Counted from the first letter of the stretch, positions 1 to 9,687 are shown. The stretch: DNA of 32,000 bases from Zestosphaera tikiterensis (GCA_003056265.1 NBVN01000002.1:450001-482000); one strand, 5' to 3'. Notes: a model not told the origin generated them from the sequence alone. Numbers and translations: made by a program.

Positions 1-459
1 GTCGTTACCTATAACTCCTATAACGTCTCCGTTATTTAATGGGGGGAAGCACTCCGTAACAGAGGCTTTAAGTACGTCCTTACCGTACAGGAAGGGTTTA
101 AGGCCTTCGTCTCGAATCTTCACGGCTTTAAAATACTCGCGTTTCAACTCGTAGATTAAAGTAAGGAAATCTACTGAAGGGATGATATAAGGTTTACTCT
201 TCCTTAATCTACCTACGTATATACCTGCTGAATATGGAAATCTATTGTTGGCTAGTATAGCTTCTATTACGTGCTTTAATTCCTCATTTATTAAGTAAGC
301 CTCAACGAACTCACCTTCGCAAATCATCACGGTATGTTTCGGTAATACCTCGGAAGCTACGAGTATCTCTAAAGCGTTGAAAGTCTTCTTCAGCAGTTCA
401 TCATATGTGGTGAAGTAACACTTTATTTCTTTAGCTACTTTATCTTCTCTAATAGACAT
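1..459 (-). CDS. PUA-domain protein, NIP7/UPF0113-like (C-terminus cut by window edge)
   Basis: Not in the supplied track because it is open at the window edge. Hand translation of the minus strand from ATG 459-457 is stop-free down to position 1: MSIREDKVAKEIKCYFTTYDELLKKTFNALEILVASEVLPKHTVMICEGEFVEAYL...GRLRKSKPYIIPSVDFLTLIYELKREYFKAVKIRDEGLKPFLYGKDVLKASVTECFPPLNNGDVIGVIGND. The tail looks PUA-like. It overlaps the stop of the upstream methyltransferase gene by 25 nt, suggesting an operon. Confidence 0.6.
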   Translation of the reverse strand, partial: MSIREDKVAKEIKCYFTTYDELLKKTFNALEILVASEVLPKHTVMICEGEFVEAYLINEELKHVIEAILANNRFPYSAGIYVGRLRKSKPYIIPSVDFLTLIYELKREYFKAVKIRDEGLKPFLYGKDVLKASVTECFPPLNNGDVIGVIGND

Positions 460-1481
460 AGGAAGAAACCCTCCATCTCATGTATGTGGGGATATATCCT
501 ACCGCAACGACTTACGTCTTTAGGTAGGTTTAACCCGAAATACTCAGTAAAGCCTTGCGAGAGTTCTATGGGTGTGTTGGTTAACGTACTTACTTGAACG
601 TCATCTCTTTTGGCGAGGATCTTAGCTATGACGAGCTCGTTTTCTTCAGGTGCTATTGAACATGTTGTGTAGAGGATATATCCTCCAACATTTAGCGTTT
701 CTATAGCAGAGTTTAGGAAATCCACTTGACTCTCATGCCACTTCATCAAGTCCTCAAACGAAGTCTTAATTTTCCTCTCCGGGTCAATCATTATAAGTCC
801 TTCACCGGTACATGGGGCGTCCAACAACACTTTATTGAAATAACCCTTTAGAAAGTACTTCACCGCTCTTCCATCAACCCGCATTAAAACAGTGTTTCTA
901 ACGCCCATTCTCTCAATGTTATTTCTTAAAGCTCTCATCCTCTCCCTACCCACTTCAGTCGCTAAAATCACTCCTTTGTTATTCATTAACTGAGCTAAGT
1001 GCGTGGTCTTACCTCCTGGTGCGGCTGCTAAATCAGCAACTTTATCGTTTTGCTGGGGGTTTAAAATAAGCGGCGGTATTAAAGAGGCCTTACCTCTATA
1101 TAGGTAGTACATACCTAAGAGGAATTCATGCGTGGATCCTAAGGTAGGGCTTCGAACCTCATCCACGACTTCGTAAGCAAGGTTCCAGAAATCTACTTCC
1201 TTTAACTTAAAGCCTAACTTCTCGAGTCTTTCGACGAGGTGTCTACAGTCCTTAACTTTTAACGTATTACATCTGATGCTGTGTTTTAACCTTCTCTCGA
1301 AAGCGTTGAGGAGTTCTTTAACTTCATCCCAAGATCCCAGCATCTCATAATATCTTGCTATCATATACTCTCTATAACCATATTTGCTAGCTAAGACCTT
1401 AACTTCTTCAGATTTCCTTAGTCGTTCACGAATCCAACTTTTTATATCTTCAACTTCGCTTATGTCTATCGTCCTAAACAC
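435..1481 (-). CDS. NOL1/NOP2/Sun-family RNA cytosine-C5 methyltransferase
   Basis: 348 aa with a GTG start. SAM motif DLAAAPGGKT, catalytic-Cys motifs DAPCTGEG and YTTCS. Confidence 0.9.
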   Translation of the reverse strand: MFRTIDISEVEDIKSWIRERLRKSEEVKVLASKYGYREYMIARYYEMLGSWDEVKELLNAFERRLKHSIRCNTLKVKDCRHLVERLEKLGFKLKEVDFWNLAYEVVDEVRSPTLGSTHEFLLGMYYLYRGKASLIPPLILNPQQNDKVADLAAAPGGKTTHLAQLMNNKGVILATEVGRERMRALRNNIERMGVRNTVLMRVDGRAVKYFLKGYFNKVLLDAPCTGEGLIMIDPERKIKTSFEDLMKWHESQVDFLNSAIETLNVGGYILYTTCSIAPEENELVIAKILAKRDDVQVSTLTNTPIELSQGFTEYFGLNLPKDVSRCGRIYPHIHEMEGFFLCLLEKIK

Positions 1482-1528
1482 CTAAAATATGGTTTTCCAA
1501 ACATAGTTAAATTTGATGGGGTGTTAAT

Positions 1529-1828
1529 ATGAGTACACGAAAGTTTGTGAGGGCGCGTATTAAGATTTACGGACTTGTTCAAGGGGTTTTCTTTAGGTCT
1601 ACGATGAGGGATAAGGCATTGGCTTTAGGCGTTAATGGTTGGGTTAGAAATGCGCCAGATGGAACTGTTGAGGCTGTTTTAGAAGGCCCTGAGGAAGCGG
1701 TTTTGAAAATCGTGAAATGGGCGCATAGAGGCCCTCCAGCAGCGGTTGTAGAGAGAGTTGATGTTATATGGGAGGAATATAAAGGCGAGTTTAAAACCTT
1801 CAGGATTATTAGGGATTATGAACTCTAA
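1529..1828 (+). CDS. acyP: acylphosphatase
   Basis: 99 aa. Canonical VQGVFFR ... [17 protein letters not shown] motifs, with a GGGGTG Shine-Dalgarno-like element just upstream. Confidence 0.9.
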   Translation: MSTRKFVRARIKIYGLVQGVFFRSTMRDKALALGVNGWVRNAPDGTVEAVLEGPEEAVLKIVKWAHRGPPAAVVERVDVIWEEYKGEFKTFRIIRDYEL

Positions 1829-1935
1829 CCTTTCCATGTTAGGGCCAGGTGAAGAATCCTATGAGATTCTGAAACGAGATTATCTACGTAGGATGACATA
1901 TAAGGTGTCTCACGAAGGTATAAGGGTGAGGTAGT

Positions 1936-2955
1936 TTGGTTAAGCTTGCTCCTGAAATCCTCAGCAAGTACGTATTGAGTAAGTTCGTTAGTAACGACCC
2001 TAACGTCCTCATAGGAGCTGAGGTTGGTGAGGACGCAGCAGTCGTTAAAACATCTGACGATGTAGTTGTGATTCATCCAGATCCTATTTCAGGAGCTGTT
2101 AAGTTTTTAGGCTATTTAGCTATTAAAATCCCCGCTAATGATGTAGCGGTTTCCGGCGCTTACCCTAAATACTTCACTACAGTGTTGTTGCTTCCTGAGA
2201 AAACCAGTGTAGATGAGCTGAACGTAATAACGTCTTCTATGAAGGAAGCTTTAGAGGAGTTGAAAGCCTCTTTAGTTGGTGGGCATACGGAATATACAGA
2301 CTCTGTCTCCCGACCTATAGCTATAACAACAGCGTTTGGATTTACCAAACGTGGGAAGGTGATTACATCGAAAGGCGCTAAGGAAGATGACGTAGTTATA
2401 ATGACTAAATCAGCTGGTATTGAAGGAACGGCCGTTATAGCATCAGACTTTAGAGAGTTATTAAAAGCTAGAGGTATAGACGACGAAACAATTGAGGAGG
2501 GCGTTAAAATGATAAAACACGTTAGTGTAGTTGAGGAAGCTACGATCTTATCGGATTTAGGTGTTGTTACGTCGATGCATGACCCCACCGAAGGAGGTGT
2601 TTTATGTGGCTTGGCTGAAGTGGCTTACGCATCTAAAACTAGCTTAATAATACATCTGGATAAGATTAAAATACACCCAACTACTTTAAAACTGTCTTCA
2701 GTTTTAGGTGTGAACCCTCTTAAAATGCTTTCCTCAGGTGCTTTAATAGCTACCGTACCTAAGAGCTACGTAGACTTAGCTTTAGACACTTTATCTAGGA
2801 AGGGTATAGACGCTTACGTTATAGGTGAGGTAGTTAAGGGAGGTTCTGACAGGCCTCTTGTAACGCTTATGAGTGGCGGTAAGTTTAAAGAAGCGTTGTG
2901 GGAACCCCACGTAGAGGATGAGGTAATAAAGCTATGGGAACGTATGACAACTTAA
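1936..2955 (+). CDS. AIR-synthase-related (PurM superfamily) protein, HypE/SelD-like paralogue
   Basis: 339 aa, TTG start preceded by GGTGAGG. Contains GEDAAVV and GGHTE, and the layout resembles HypE (IHPDPISG...IPANDVAVSGAYPKY). It lacks the C-terminal Cys of true HypE. Confidence 0.7.
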   Translation: MVKLAPEILSKYVLSKFVSNDPNVLIGAEVGEDAAVVKTSDDVVVIHPDPISGAVKFLGYLAIKIPANDVAVSGAYPKYFTTVLLLPEKTSVDELNVITSSMKEALEELKASLVGGHTEYTDSVSRPIAITTAFGFTKRGKVITSKGAKEDDVVIMTKSAGIEGTAVIASDFRELLKARGIDDETIEEGVKMIKHVSVVEEATILSDLGVVTSMHDPTEGGVLCGLAEVAYASKTSLIIHLDKIKIHPTTLKLSSVLGVNPLKMLSSGALIATVPKSYVDLALDTLSRKGIDAYVIGEVVKGGSDRPLVTLMSGGKFKEALWEPHVEDEVIKLWERMTT

Positions 2956-3398
2956 GCGCGTGTTCCGTAAGAAGAGCCTCTAGAAAAGACTTAAATGAGA
3001 TTCAGGGGATTGAGTTAAAGTCTTTTAATTACCCATATAGTAAGCTGATGTTCTTAACTTTGCTTGTTATGTTTCCTGAATTATTCCTAGTCGTGGTCTG
3101 CGACAATAAAGTGGTTGGTTACGTAACTGGTGCCATAACTAAGGAAGGTTACTGTCATTTATTCTCCATAGCTGTTGATCCATCATACAGAGGTAAAGGC
3201 TTAGGGGGTAAACTATTACGTGCTTTTGAAGAGGTTTGCCTATCCAAGAAAGTTAAGAAGGTTATCCTGGAAGTCTCCGTAATTAACGAGGTCGCTTTAA
3301 ACCTATATAAAAAACATGGATATAGAGTGGTGAAGACCATACCTAACTACTATCCTGACTCAGACGCGTATTTAATGGAGAAGGATTTAAACTCTTAG
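2934..3398 (+). CDS. rimI: GNAT N-acetyltransferase, RimI/Ard1-like
   Basis: 154 aa. Acetyl-CoA motif A is SIAVDPSYRGKGLGGKLL, and NLYKKHGY is in the C-terminal part. Overlaps the upstream gene by 22 nt. Confidence 0.8.
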   Translation: MGTYDNLSACSVRRASRKDLNEIQGIELKSFNYPYSKLMFLTLLVMFPELFLVVVCDNKVVGYVTGAITKEGYCHLFSIAVDPSYRGKGLGGKLLRAFEEVCLSKKVKKVILEVSVINEVALNLYKKHGYRVVKTIPNYYPDSDAYLMEKDLNS

Positions 3399-3456
3399 CT
3401 GTGGGATCTTCATTCTTCAGAATTGGGAGGGATTGCTTAAAAAGAAGTGAGGTTGT

Positions 3457-4743
3457 TTAGACTAACTTCAAGCTCTTCAGATGTTCCTTAACAACGGTCT
3501 CAACTACCGGCAACGCGTAAACTCTTATTATACCCATATATCTAGGCAACCCCTTCATCACCGAGTCCTTATACTCACTAATCCTTACTGAGGTTCCGTC
3601 GTCTGTAATTACCCTAACTTCATAGTCTTCGGATATTATAGGTATGGAATCGGCGTAGGTTCTGAAGCTATACCCGTTAACCCCTCTACTCATTAGTTGT
3701 TCGCTGAACTCCCTTAACCTCACTATATGTGAGTGAGTTATTGGGTTGTTATTACCGAATAATATATGCTCGTGAATAGCTTTATAGCCTTTCCTATTCA
3801 TGTACGTGTTTATAAGCTCTCTTAAAAGCTCGCTACCTAACCTCCTAGCGACTACTACGTTCATAACACCACCTATTAGGAAATCATCCCATAGATGTAT
3901 GTACCCTTCTCTTACAGCTCTACGTATGCCTTCAACGGTATTGAAAGGTCTTAAAAGCTCGCTAACCTCCCTTTCTTCAAGCATTAAATCATATATTGAA
4001 GCAAGCAGAAGCTGATACGCAGATATTGTTTTATGATAGTAAACAGTTCTGTACATGTAGTACCTAGACATGTAGAACGACTCGGCTGCTTGCATACCTT
4101 TCTTAAAAACTGCTATGTTACCTTCGCCATCTATCGTAAGAGTTTGTATTATCCTCTCCAAGTCTATAAGACCGTATTTAACGCCTGTATGTAACGCATC
4201 ACGTAGTAAGTAATCAAGCCTGTCAACGTCTAAATCACTACTTATTAAGACGTTATAACCGTTTTTGTCGTGATCCCCTATAACCACCTTCGCTACTTCC
4301 TGAGGGCTTAACCCATATTTACTTAAGACTTCCTTAACCGTAGGTTCTTCAGTTATGACCCAGTAACTAATGTCCTCATGTTTAATCCTATACCTTGTGT
4401 AAAGCAGATACTCTAAAGCGTGGGAATACGGCGTGTGCCCGACATCGTGAAGTAAAGCAGCCGCCTTAAGCAAAATGATATCGTCTTTAGATATTATACC
4501 TTCAGCAGCGAGCTTCTCCGCTATCTTACGCATTAAATGCATCACACCCAACGAATGTGAAAATCTAACGTGGACAGCTCCTGGATATACATACCAAGCT
4601 TGAGAGAGTTGCTTCACCCTTCTTAAACGCTGTAGTGGAGGTGTATCCGCTAACTCTAACTCAAGGCCCTCCAATACGATGTTCCCATGTACCTCATCAT
4701 ATACGTACTTTCTTCTAACGCCGGACAACGTAAAAACCTCCAC
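3457..4743 (-). CDS. HD-domain phosphohydrolase, SAMHD1/dNTP-triphosphohydrolase-like (COG1078 type)
   Basis: 428 aa, GTG start after GGTGGAGG. Motifs RFSHSLGVMHL, LLHDVGHTPYSH and DVDRLDYLLRD. Confidence 0.85.
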   Translation of the reverse strand: MEVFTLSGVRRKYVYDEVHGNIVLEGLELELADTPPLQRLRRVKQLSQAWYVYPGAVHVRFSHSLGVMHLMRKIAEKLAAEGIISKDDIILLKAAALLHDVGHTPYSHALEYLLYTRYRIKHEDISYWVITEEPTVKEVLSKYGLSPQEVAKVVIGDHDKNGYNVLISSDLDVDRLDYLLRDALHTGVKYGLIDLERIIQTLTIDGEGNIAVFKKGMQAAESFYMSRYYMYRTVYYHKTISAYQLLLASIYDLMLEEREVSELLRPFNTVEGIRRAVREGYIHLWDDFLIGGVMNVVVARRLGSELLRELINTYMNRKGYKAIHEHILFGNNNPITHSHIVRLREFSEQLMSRGVNGYSFRTYADSIPIISEDYEVRVITDDGTSVRISEYKDSVMKGLPRYMGIIRVYALPVVETVVKEHLKSLKLV

Positions 4744-4832
4744 CTACTATAATTAACTCATCAACACATAAAAGAGTTAGCTAGGCTTGGTTAAGTTTAA
4801 ATTTAAAAGTATGTTTAAGCTTTGCTTAACTT

Positions 4833-5258
4833 CTACCTAATAAGCAGGACTGACGTATTACTGTTAACTATAACTGAAAGAGCTGTTGCTCCCAACGTTA
4901 GGTCTGGATTAACTGATTTACCTCTGGCGGTTAATATTATCAGGTCGTAATGCTCTTCTTGAATCTCCTCTATTATTGCTGTTGAGGTGGAGGTCTCGCG
5001 TAAGTTAGGCTTCTTAATCTTAACGTTAATTTTAATCCCTCTCTTGCCCGCTATTTTTTCAATCTTATCTTTAAGAGCGTTTACATCTTCTTCAGATCCG
5101 TCGTCAACTATTAAAGCCGTTAGCTTTGAACCGTATCGCAACGCGAAATCCAGACCTACGTCAAGAGCTTTTAAACTTGTTGATGAACCGTCAATAGGTA
5201 TTAAAACCTTCCTGAAGAGGTAGCTAATGACGTACGTTGGCTCAGGCACGTAACTCAT
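4833..5258 (-). CDS. universal stress protein (UspA family)
   Basis: 141 aa. KVLIPIDGS start, C-terminal GKS...LGATALSVIVNS nucleotide-binding-like motif. Its start codon directly abuts the gap stop codon. Confidence 0.8.
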   Translation of the reverse strand: MSYVPEPTYVISYLFRKVLIPIDGSSTSLKALDVGLDFALRYGSKLTALIVDDGSEEDVNALKDKIEKIAGKRGIKINVKIKKPNLRETSTSTAIIEEIQEEHYDLIILTARGKSVNPDLTLGATALSVIVNSNTSVLLIR

Positions 5259-6278
5259 TCACAACCACCTCTTAATACCTAATGTTTCATCCGTTATTTT
5301 TATAGACTCTAAAGGATCTTTAACTAAGGATGTTACTGCTCTAACTGCGTCGACGTTTTCAGGAACTACTATAGCTTCTTGATGTACTGCGTACGTCAAC
5401 ATAACTTCATCGTTGTTAACCCACACACTATCCTCCCAAACTACGTTTTCATAGATGTCACCGTTAGGTCTTCCTAAATCTCTAGCGAGCTCTCTTAACT
5501 CTGCTGTAGACTTAAGTATCTTCCCATTAACCAGTAGGATTCTTGGGGTGGCGTTTAAAGCGTCTATGACGGCTTCCTTAGTTGCTGGTTGGCTTAACCT
5601 TACATATAACGTGTGTATATGAGCTAGAGTTGTTGGAGCAACTACAGCGTAAGTTATTATGTCTAAATCTTTAATAACGGTTTTAACGTCTAACGCGTGA
5701 TGAGACGGCGGCTTCGGGGGGTTTAAAACCAACCCCTCTATAGGTCCTTTCTTAACTTCCTTAAGGTCAGCACCCCTCCTTACTATAACGCCTCTAACGG
5801 ATCTTACCTTACTAACTCTAGATAAAGCATGAATCACTCTAAGTAGGCCTGTAGTGTTGCAGGATACTACCCTAACGAACTTCTTACCTAGGGCTTCGCT
5901 ATAGTTAACTAAGGCGTTAAAGCTAACTTCAGCGACGTCCTCCTCTTCACCACCTTGGAAAATCGCTTTCCTACCTAAGGCCTCATATAAAGGCTTGTAG
6001 GTCTTCCCCACGTCCTCCGGGGTGGCGTCAATAACCACGTCAACGCTTCGGATAAGGTCTTCAACAGTTCCATGGACTTCCACGCCAAATTCGTGGAAAT
6101 CACGTACTCTATCCTTAAGTGTGAAGAGCTTTAACCCCATTTTAACGGCTGATAAGACCTCCCAATCAGGCCTTGTCTTCACAACACCGACTAACTCCAT
6201 ATCTGGTTGCTTCATTACAGCCCAAGCAACTCTCTTACCTATAGTTCCGTAGCCGTTAATCCCTACCTTAACCTTCAT
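5259..6278 (-). CDS. gap: glyceraldehyde-3-phosphate dehydrogenase, archaeal type II
   Basis: 339 aa. GINGYGTIGKRVA Rossmann motif and the VSCNTTGL active-site Cys motif typical of archaeal GAPDH. Confidence 0.95.
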   Translation of the reverse strand: MKVKVGINGYGTIGKRVAWAVMKQPDMELVGVVKTRPDWEVLSAVKMGLKLFTLKDRVRDFHEFGVEVHGTVEDLIRSVDVVIDATPEDVGKTYKPLYEALGRKAIFQGGEEEDVAEVSFNALVNYSEALGKKFVRVVSCNTTGLLRVIHALSRVSKVRSVRGVIVRRGADLKEVKKGPIEGLVLNPPKPPSHHALDVKTVIKDLDIITYAVVAPTTLAHIHTLYVRLSQPATKEAVIDALNATPRILLVNGKILKSTAELRELARDLGRPNGDIYENVVWEDSVWVNNDEVMLTYAVHQEAIVVPENVDAVRAVTSLVKDPLESIKITDETLGIKRWL

Positions 6279-7504
6279 AACTCACCACCGAAAAACTTCT
6301 TAGTTGAGATTTCCAAAGCCGTGAGTGCCGGTAGAGGTTCTCCAGACATCGCTATTAATAAAGCACCTCCCCCAGTGGATATGTGAACGTTTTTCCTTAA
6401 GGGTTCTTTAACGAAAGCGCCTAGATGGCCACCACCTATAACTACGAAGGCTGAGCTGCTTAACGCAGCTTTCAACAACTCCTCAGTTCCTGTGCGGAAC
6501 CTAGGGTCTTCAACATAGCCCGCAGGCCCCCTCATAACAACTACCGACGCGTCTTTAATCAACTCCGAATACATAAGTATTGTATAGGAGCCTATATCCA
6601 CAGGTATGCCGTCAGCTACATTAATAGGTTCTTCAGCAACACTACCATCCTCTTTAAGTACCTTAACGTCGTACGGCGTGTCTATAGGAGCTCCAGCGAG
6701 TATTAACTTCCTAGCCGTCGGTATTAACGTAGTTAATCCCTTCTCCTCTAGGAACTTAAGGAGTTTCTTACCGGCTCTGCCACCCTTAGCTACGTGGAAA
6801 GTAAGGCCTACCAATCCGCTTGTGAGTATTCTCTCAGCAACCCTCCTCTTAGTTAAGTATTCAATTATCTTTAAAGTGTCTCTAACCTTAGCACCGCCTA
6901 AAACGTAAAGCCTTGGGGGTTCATTACTGTTAAGAGATTTCTCTAAAGCTTCCAACTCAACCTTCATTAACTCGCCTATAAGTGATGGAAGAACTACAGG
7001 AAAACCCACTATAGATGGTTGTGATCTATGAGCGGTTGCGAAGGCGTCGAAGATGAAAAAGTTGAAATGCGGTGAAAGCTTCCTAACTAAGTGTGTTTTC
7101 GCCTGAGTTTCAGGTTCGGCTTCAAGCAACTCCTCTGAAACAAGCCTTAAGTTGTCGAGCATTAAAACCTCACCGCTACGTAAGTTTTTAATTTCGTTTA
7201 TGGCTGTAGGCCCTATAACGTCGTTAACGAACTTAACGTTAATGCCTAGAATGTTGCTTAACTTACTAGCGTGTTCTTCTAACGTCGTGAAGTCTGGATC
7301 TCCAGGCCTTCCTTGATGAGTTACAACCACTACAGCTGCTTTCATATCCACAAGCTTCTTTAAAGTTACTGCGTGGGCTTTAATCCTCGAATCGTCGAGT
7401 ATCTTCCCTGTTGAATCTATGGGTGAGTTGAAATCAACTCTTACGAGGACTTTTTTATTGCTTAAATCAACGTCGTCTAGGGTTCGAAACTTAACCCTAC
7501 TCAA
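6275..7504 (-). CDS. pgk: phosphoglycerate kinase
   Basis: 409 aa, TTG start. Motifs VRVDFNSP, THQGRPG and STGGGALL. 4-nt overlap with gap. Confidence 0.95.
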   Translation of the reverse strand: MSRVKFRTLDDVDLSNKKVLVRVDFNSPIDSTGKILDDSRIKAHAVTLKKLVDMKAAVVVVTHQGRPGDPDFTTLEEHASKLSNILGINVKFVNDVIGPTAINEIKNLRSGEVLMLDNLRLVSEELLEAEPETQAKTHLVRKLSPHFNFFIFDAFATAHRSQPSIVGFPVVLPSLIGELMKVELEALEKSLNSNEPPRLYVLGGAKVRDTLKIIEYLTKRRVAERILTSGLVGLTFHVAKGGRAGKKLLKFLEEKGLTTLIPTARKLILAGAPIDTPYDVKVLKEDGSVAEEPINVADGIPVDIGSYTILMYSELIKDASVVVMRGPAGYVEDPRFRTGTEELLKAALSSSAFVVIGGGHLGAFVKEPLRKNVHISTGGGALLIAMSGEPLPALTALEISTKKFFGGEL

Positions 7505-7557
7505 AACTACATCCTACTAAAAGATTACGTTACGTCTTATAAATTTTAACTTCAGTT

Positions 7558-8673
7558 TTACGTTAATTCCCTTACTAGAAGTTCATCGTCGCTTAAAGTA
7601 AATAAGTTGTTTATATTCTCACTGAACATCTTAACAGGTAAAGCATACCTTCTAAACCTCCTGCTGTCTAGATATGTTATCTTCCAATACCTAATTATCC
7701 CAACCCTCTTCAGCTTATCCATGAAAATACTTAAATCATGTGCTAACTCGACAGGCAATGTCGCGAACGTTACGGCAACGTTATCCGCTGTGTTAACGTA
7801 GGCGTCGTGAAAATACGGATGGGTAGTTAACACCTTCAAAAACCTTAACATCTCAAGAGGGTTTCCGTTGGCTGTAATCATCACTTTAAGAGAAGGCTCT
7901 AAAATTAGCTTCTCCGACCTCAATCTAACTCCTTTGATTACCCCCCTCGCTTCAATGTGGTTGTTATAATGCCTTAAGACTAGGACGTAATTATATGGTT
8001 TTAAAGCCTTAAACTCCTCATTAAGTATTCTAACGACGTTTTTAATGGATTCGAAAGGCGATCTCTCAAGAACTCTAAGGATTAGTAGATCTAACTCGTC
8101 GAACTTACTTTTCTTAACGGCTTCCTTAGGTATTATCTCCCTAGGCGCTACCTCCACCATCTTATATAGCTCATCCCAATTAATGACGAATCTCCTTGAG
8201 TTCATGTCGTAAAATCTTTTAACGTCTGGCTTACCGTATATAGTGAACGTTGGTATGTAAACCTCTAACGGCTCGACGCCTAATCTAGAGTAGAGCTCGT
8301 TAAGAAACGCTTCAGCAAAACCTTTAGGCACTAAATACTTTACGTAAGTTCCCCAAGGAAGTATCGGCGCATATTCCCTCATCAGTCCTTTAAACATTGA
8401 CTTAAGCTCTATATACTCGTCGAAAACAAGGATTATCTCGTCTACACCTAACTTATGCATGTCTATAAGTCCTTGGAAGGCCAGCCCCCTCTGCTTAAGT
8501 AACTTCATAAACTTCCATATCGTGGAGGTGTGGAAATCCATTAAATCAGCAACTTTAGATATTTCAGGTATATACTCAAAACTCTGTAGTTGTTCAATGA
8601 AATCCAGTAGTGAAGGATTTAAATACTTAACAACTGTCTGCATATCCTCCCTAGATGGGCGTAACTCGCTCAA
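7558..8673 (-). CDS. uncharacterised protein with two winged-HTH / Lrp-like modules (putative transcription regulator)
   Basis: 371 aa. Module 1 is ISKVADLMDFHTSTIWKFMKLLKQRGL followed by GLIDMHKLGVDEIILVF (Lrp-like HTH plus effector-domain junction). Module 2 is LDLLILRVLERSPFESIKNVVRIL followed by a second beta-rich segment. I do not recognise a family. Confidence 0.45.
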   Translation of the reverse strand: MSELRPSREDMQTVVKYLNPSLLDFIEQLQSFEYIPEISKVADLMDFHTSTIWKFMKLLKQRGLAFQGLIDMHKLGVDEIILVFDEYIELKSMFKGLMREYAPILPWGTYVKYLVPKGFAEAFLNELYSRLGVEPLEVYIPTFTIYGKPDVKRFYDMNSRRFVINWDELYKMVEVAPREIIPKEAVKKSKFDELDLLILRVLERSPFESIKNVVRILNEEFKALKPYNYVLVLRHYNNHIEARGVIKGVRLRSEKLILEPSLKVMITANGNPLEMLRFLKVLTTHPYFHDAYVNTADNVAVTFATLPVELAHDLSIFMDKLKRVGIIRYWKITYLDSRRFRRYALPVKMFSENINNLFTLSDDELLVRELT

Positions 8674-8771
8674 GACTTCAACACCGGTTTACGTTATGCT
8701 TACTTACAGTCTTTTTCTATATGTTTCAAGTTATTATTTGATGTGTGAGTATTTAAATAACATGTTGATGT

Positions 8772-9683
8772 TTAAACAGTTCTCTCTTCTTTGAAGTAGA
8801 TCTTACCTAAGGATTTAGGTGGTGCGAACCTCCTACGCAATGGGGTTACAGCAAATATAATCATAGCTAATACGGCAGTAGCGTATTGAAACGCGTTTAA
8901 CGTAAAGACGGACATCCCTAGAGGGCCTAGGAAGTTAAGGAGTGTGTATCTATACTTAAGGATTATCGAGAAAACACCTGAAGTAAACATCGTTACTAAT
9001 GGATGTCTACCGGCAGCTAAAGATACTGCGAAGGCTATCCAACCTAACCCCATACCGCTTCCCTCCTGCCAACCTTTAACATCCATAAGTAGGTAAAGTG
9101 CTGAACCAACGCCTATTAAAGCATAGCCTAAGTAAGAAGTTATTAAGCGAATTAACAGTACGTCAGCGCCTAAAGTAGCGGCTGCGTGGGGGTTCTCTCC
9201 CACCGCTCTAATACTAGCGCCTAACTTAGTCTTGTAGAGTATATAGTAGATTAGGAAACCTAAAAGCAGTGAAACCATCAACGCTATAGAGCTTGTGACT
9301 TCGTTGGTTACGTACGTATGTAGTTCAAGACCTTCCTTCTTTATCCTTAAAGCCGCTGGGTAGCCGAAGTATGAAGCGAGACCGTAGGATATGAACATTA
9401 ACGAAAGACCTACAGCACCATGAGATATCGGCAACTTAGTTGTGAGAAAAGCTATTACAAGCCCTATAACCCCTATAGTCACTGTGGTTAAGGCTAGAGC
9501 AGCGGTTGGTTCAAGAACGTAAGTACAGTAAGTGAATGCTAAAGCCACACCTAACGTGAATGCCCCATCAACAGCTAAATTTAAGATGCCTGACTTCTCC
9601 ACTAAGCCGTGGCCTAAACCAGCTATGTAGAGGTAAGCAAATATAGGCGCTATTTCAAGTACATCACTTAGAACTTGATTCAT
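8772..9683 (-). CDS. ABC transporter permease (BMP/nucleoside-type uptake system, second permease)
   Basis: 303 aa polytopic membrane protein, last gene of the SBP-ATPase-permease-permease operon. Confidence 0.85.
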   Translation of the reverse strand: MNQVLSDVLEIAPIFAYLYIAGLGHGLVEKSGILNLAVDGAFTLGVALAFTYCTYVLEPTAALALTTVTIGVIGLVIAFLTTKLPISHGAVGLSLMFISYGLASYFGYPAALRIKKEGLELHTYVTNEVTSSIALMVSLLLGFLIYYILYKTKLGASIRAVGENPHAAATLGADVLLIRLITSYLGYALIGVGSALYLLMDVKGWQEGSGMGLGWIAFAVSLAAGRHPLVTMFTSGVFSIILKYRYTLLNFLGPLGMSVFTLNAFQYATAVLAMIIFAVTPLRRRFAPPKSLGKIYFKEERTV

Positions 9684-9687
9684 AAAC

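Noticed and set aside
4763-4775. C-box-like GTGTTGATGAG on the minus strand upstream of the HD-domain gene. The same 11-mer also occurs at 24203-24213.
   Set aside because: No D or D' box follows at the correct spacing. The sequence runs straight into the Shine-Dalgarno-like GGTGGAGG and the GTG start of the HD gene. The 11-nt identity with the 24.2-kb locus is noted but could be chance.
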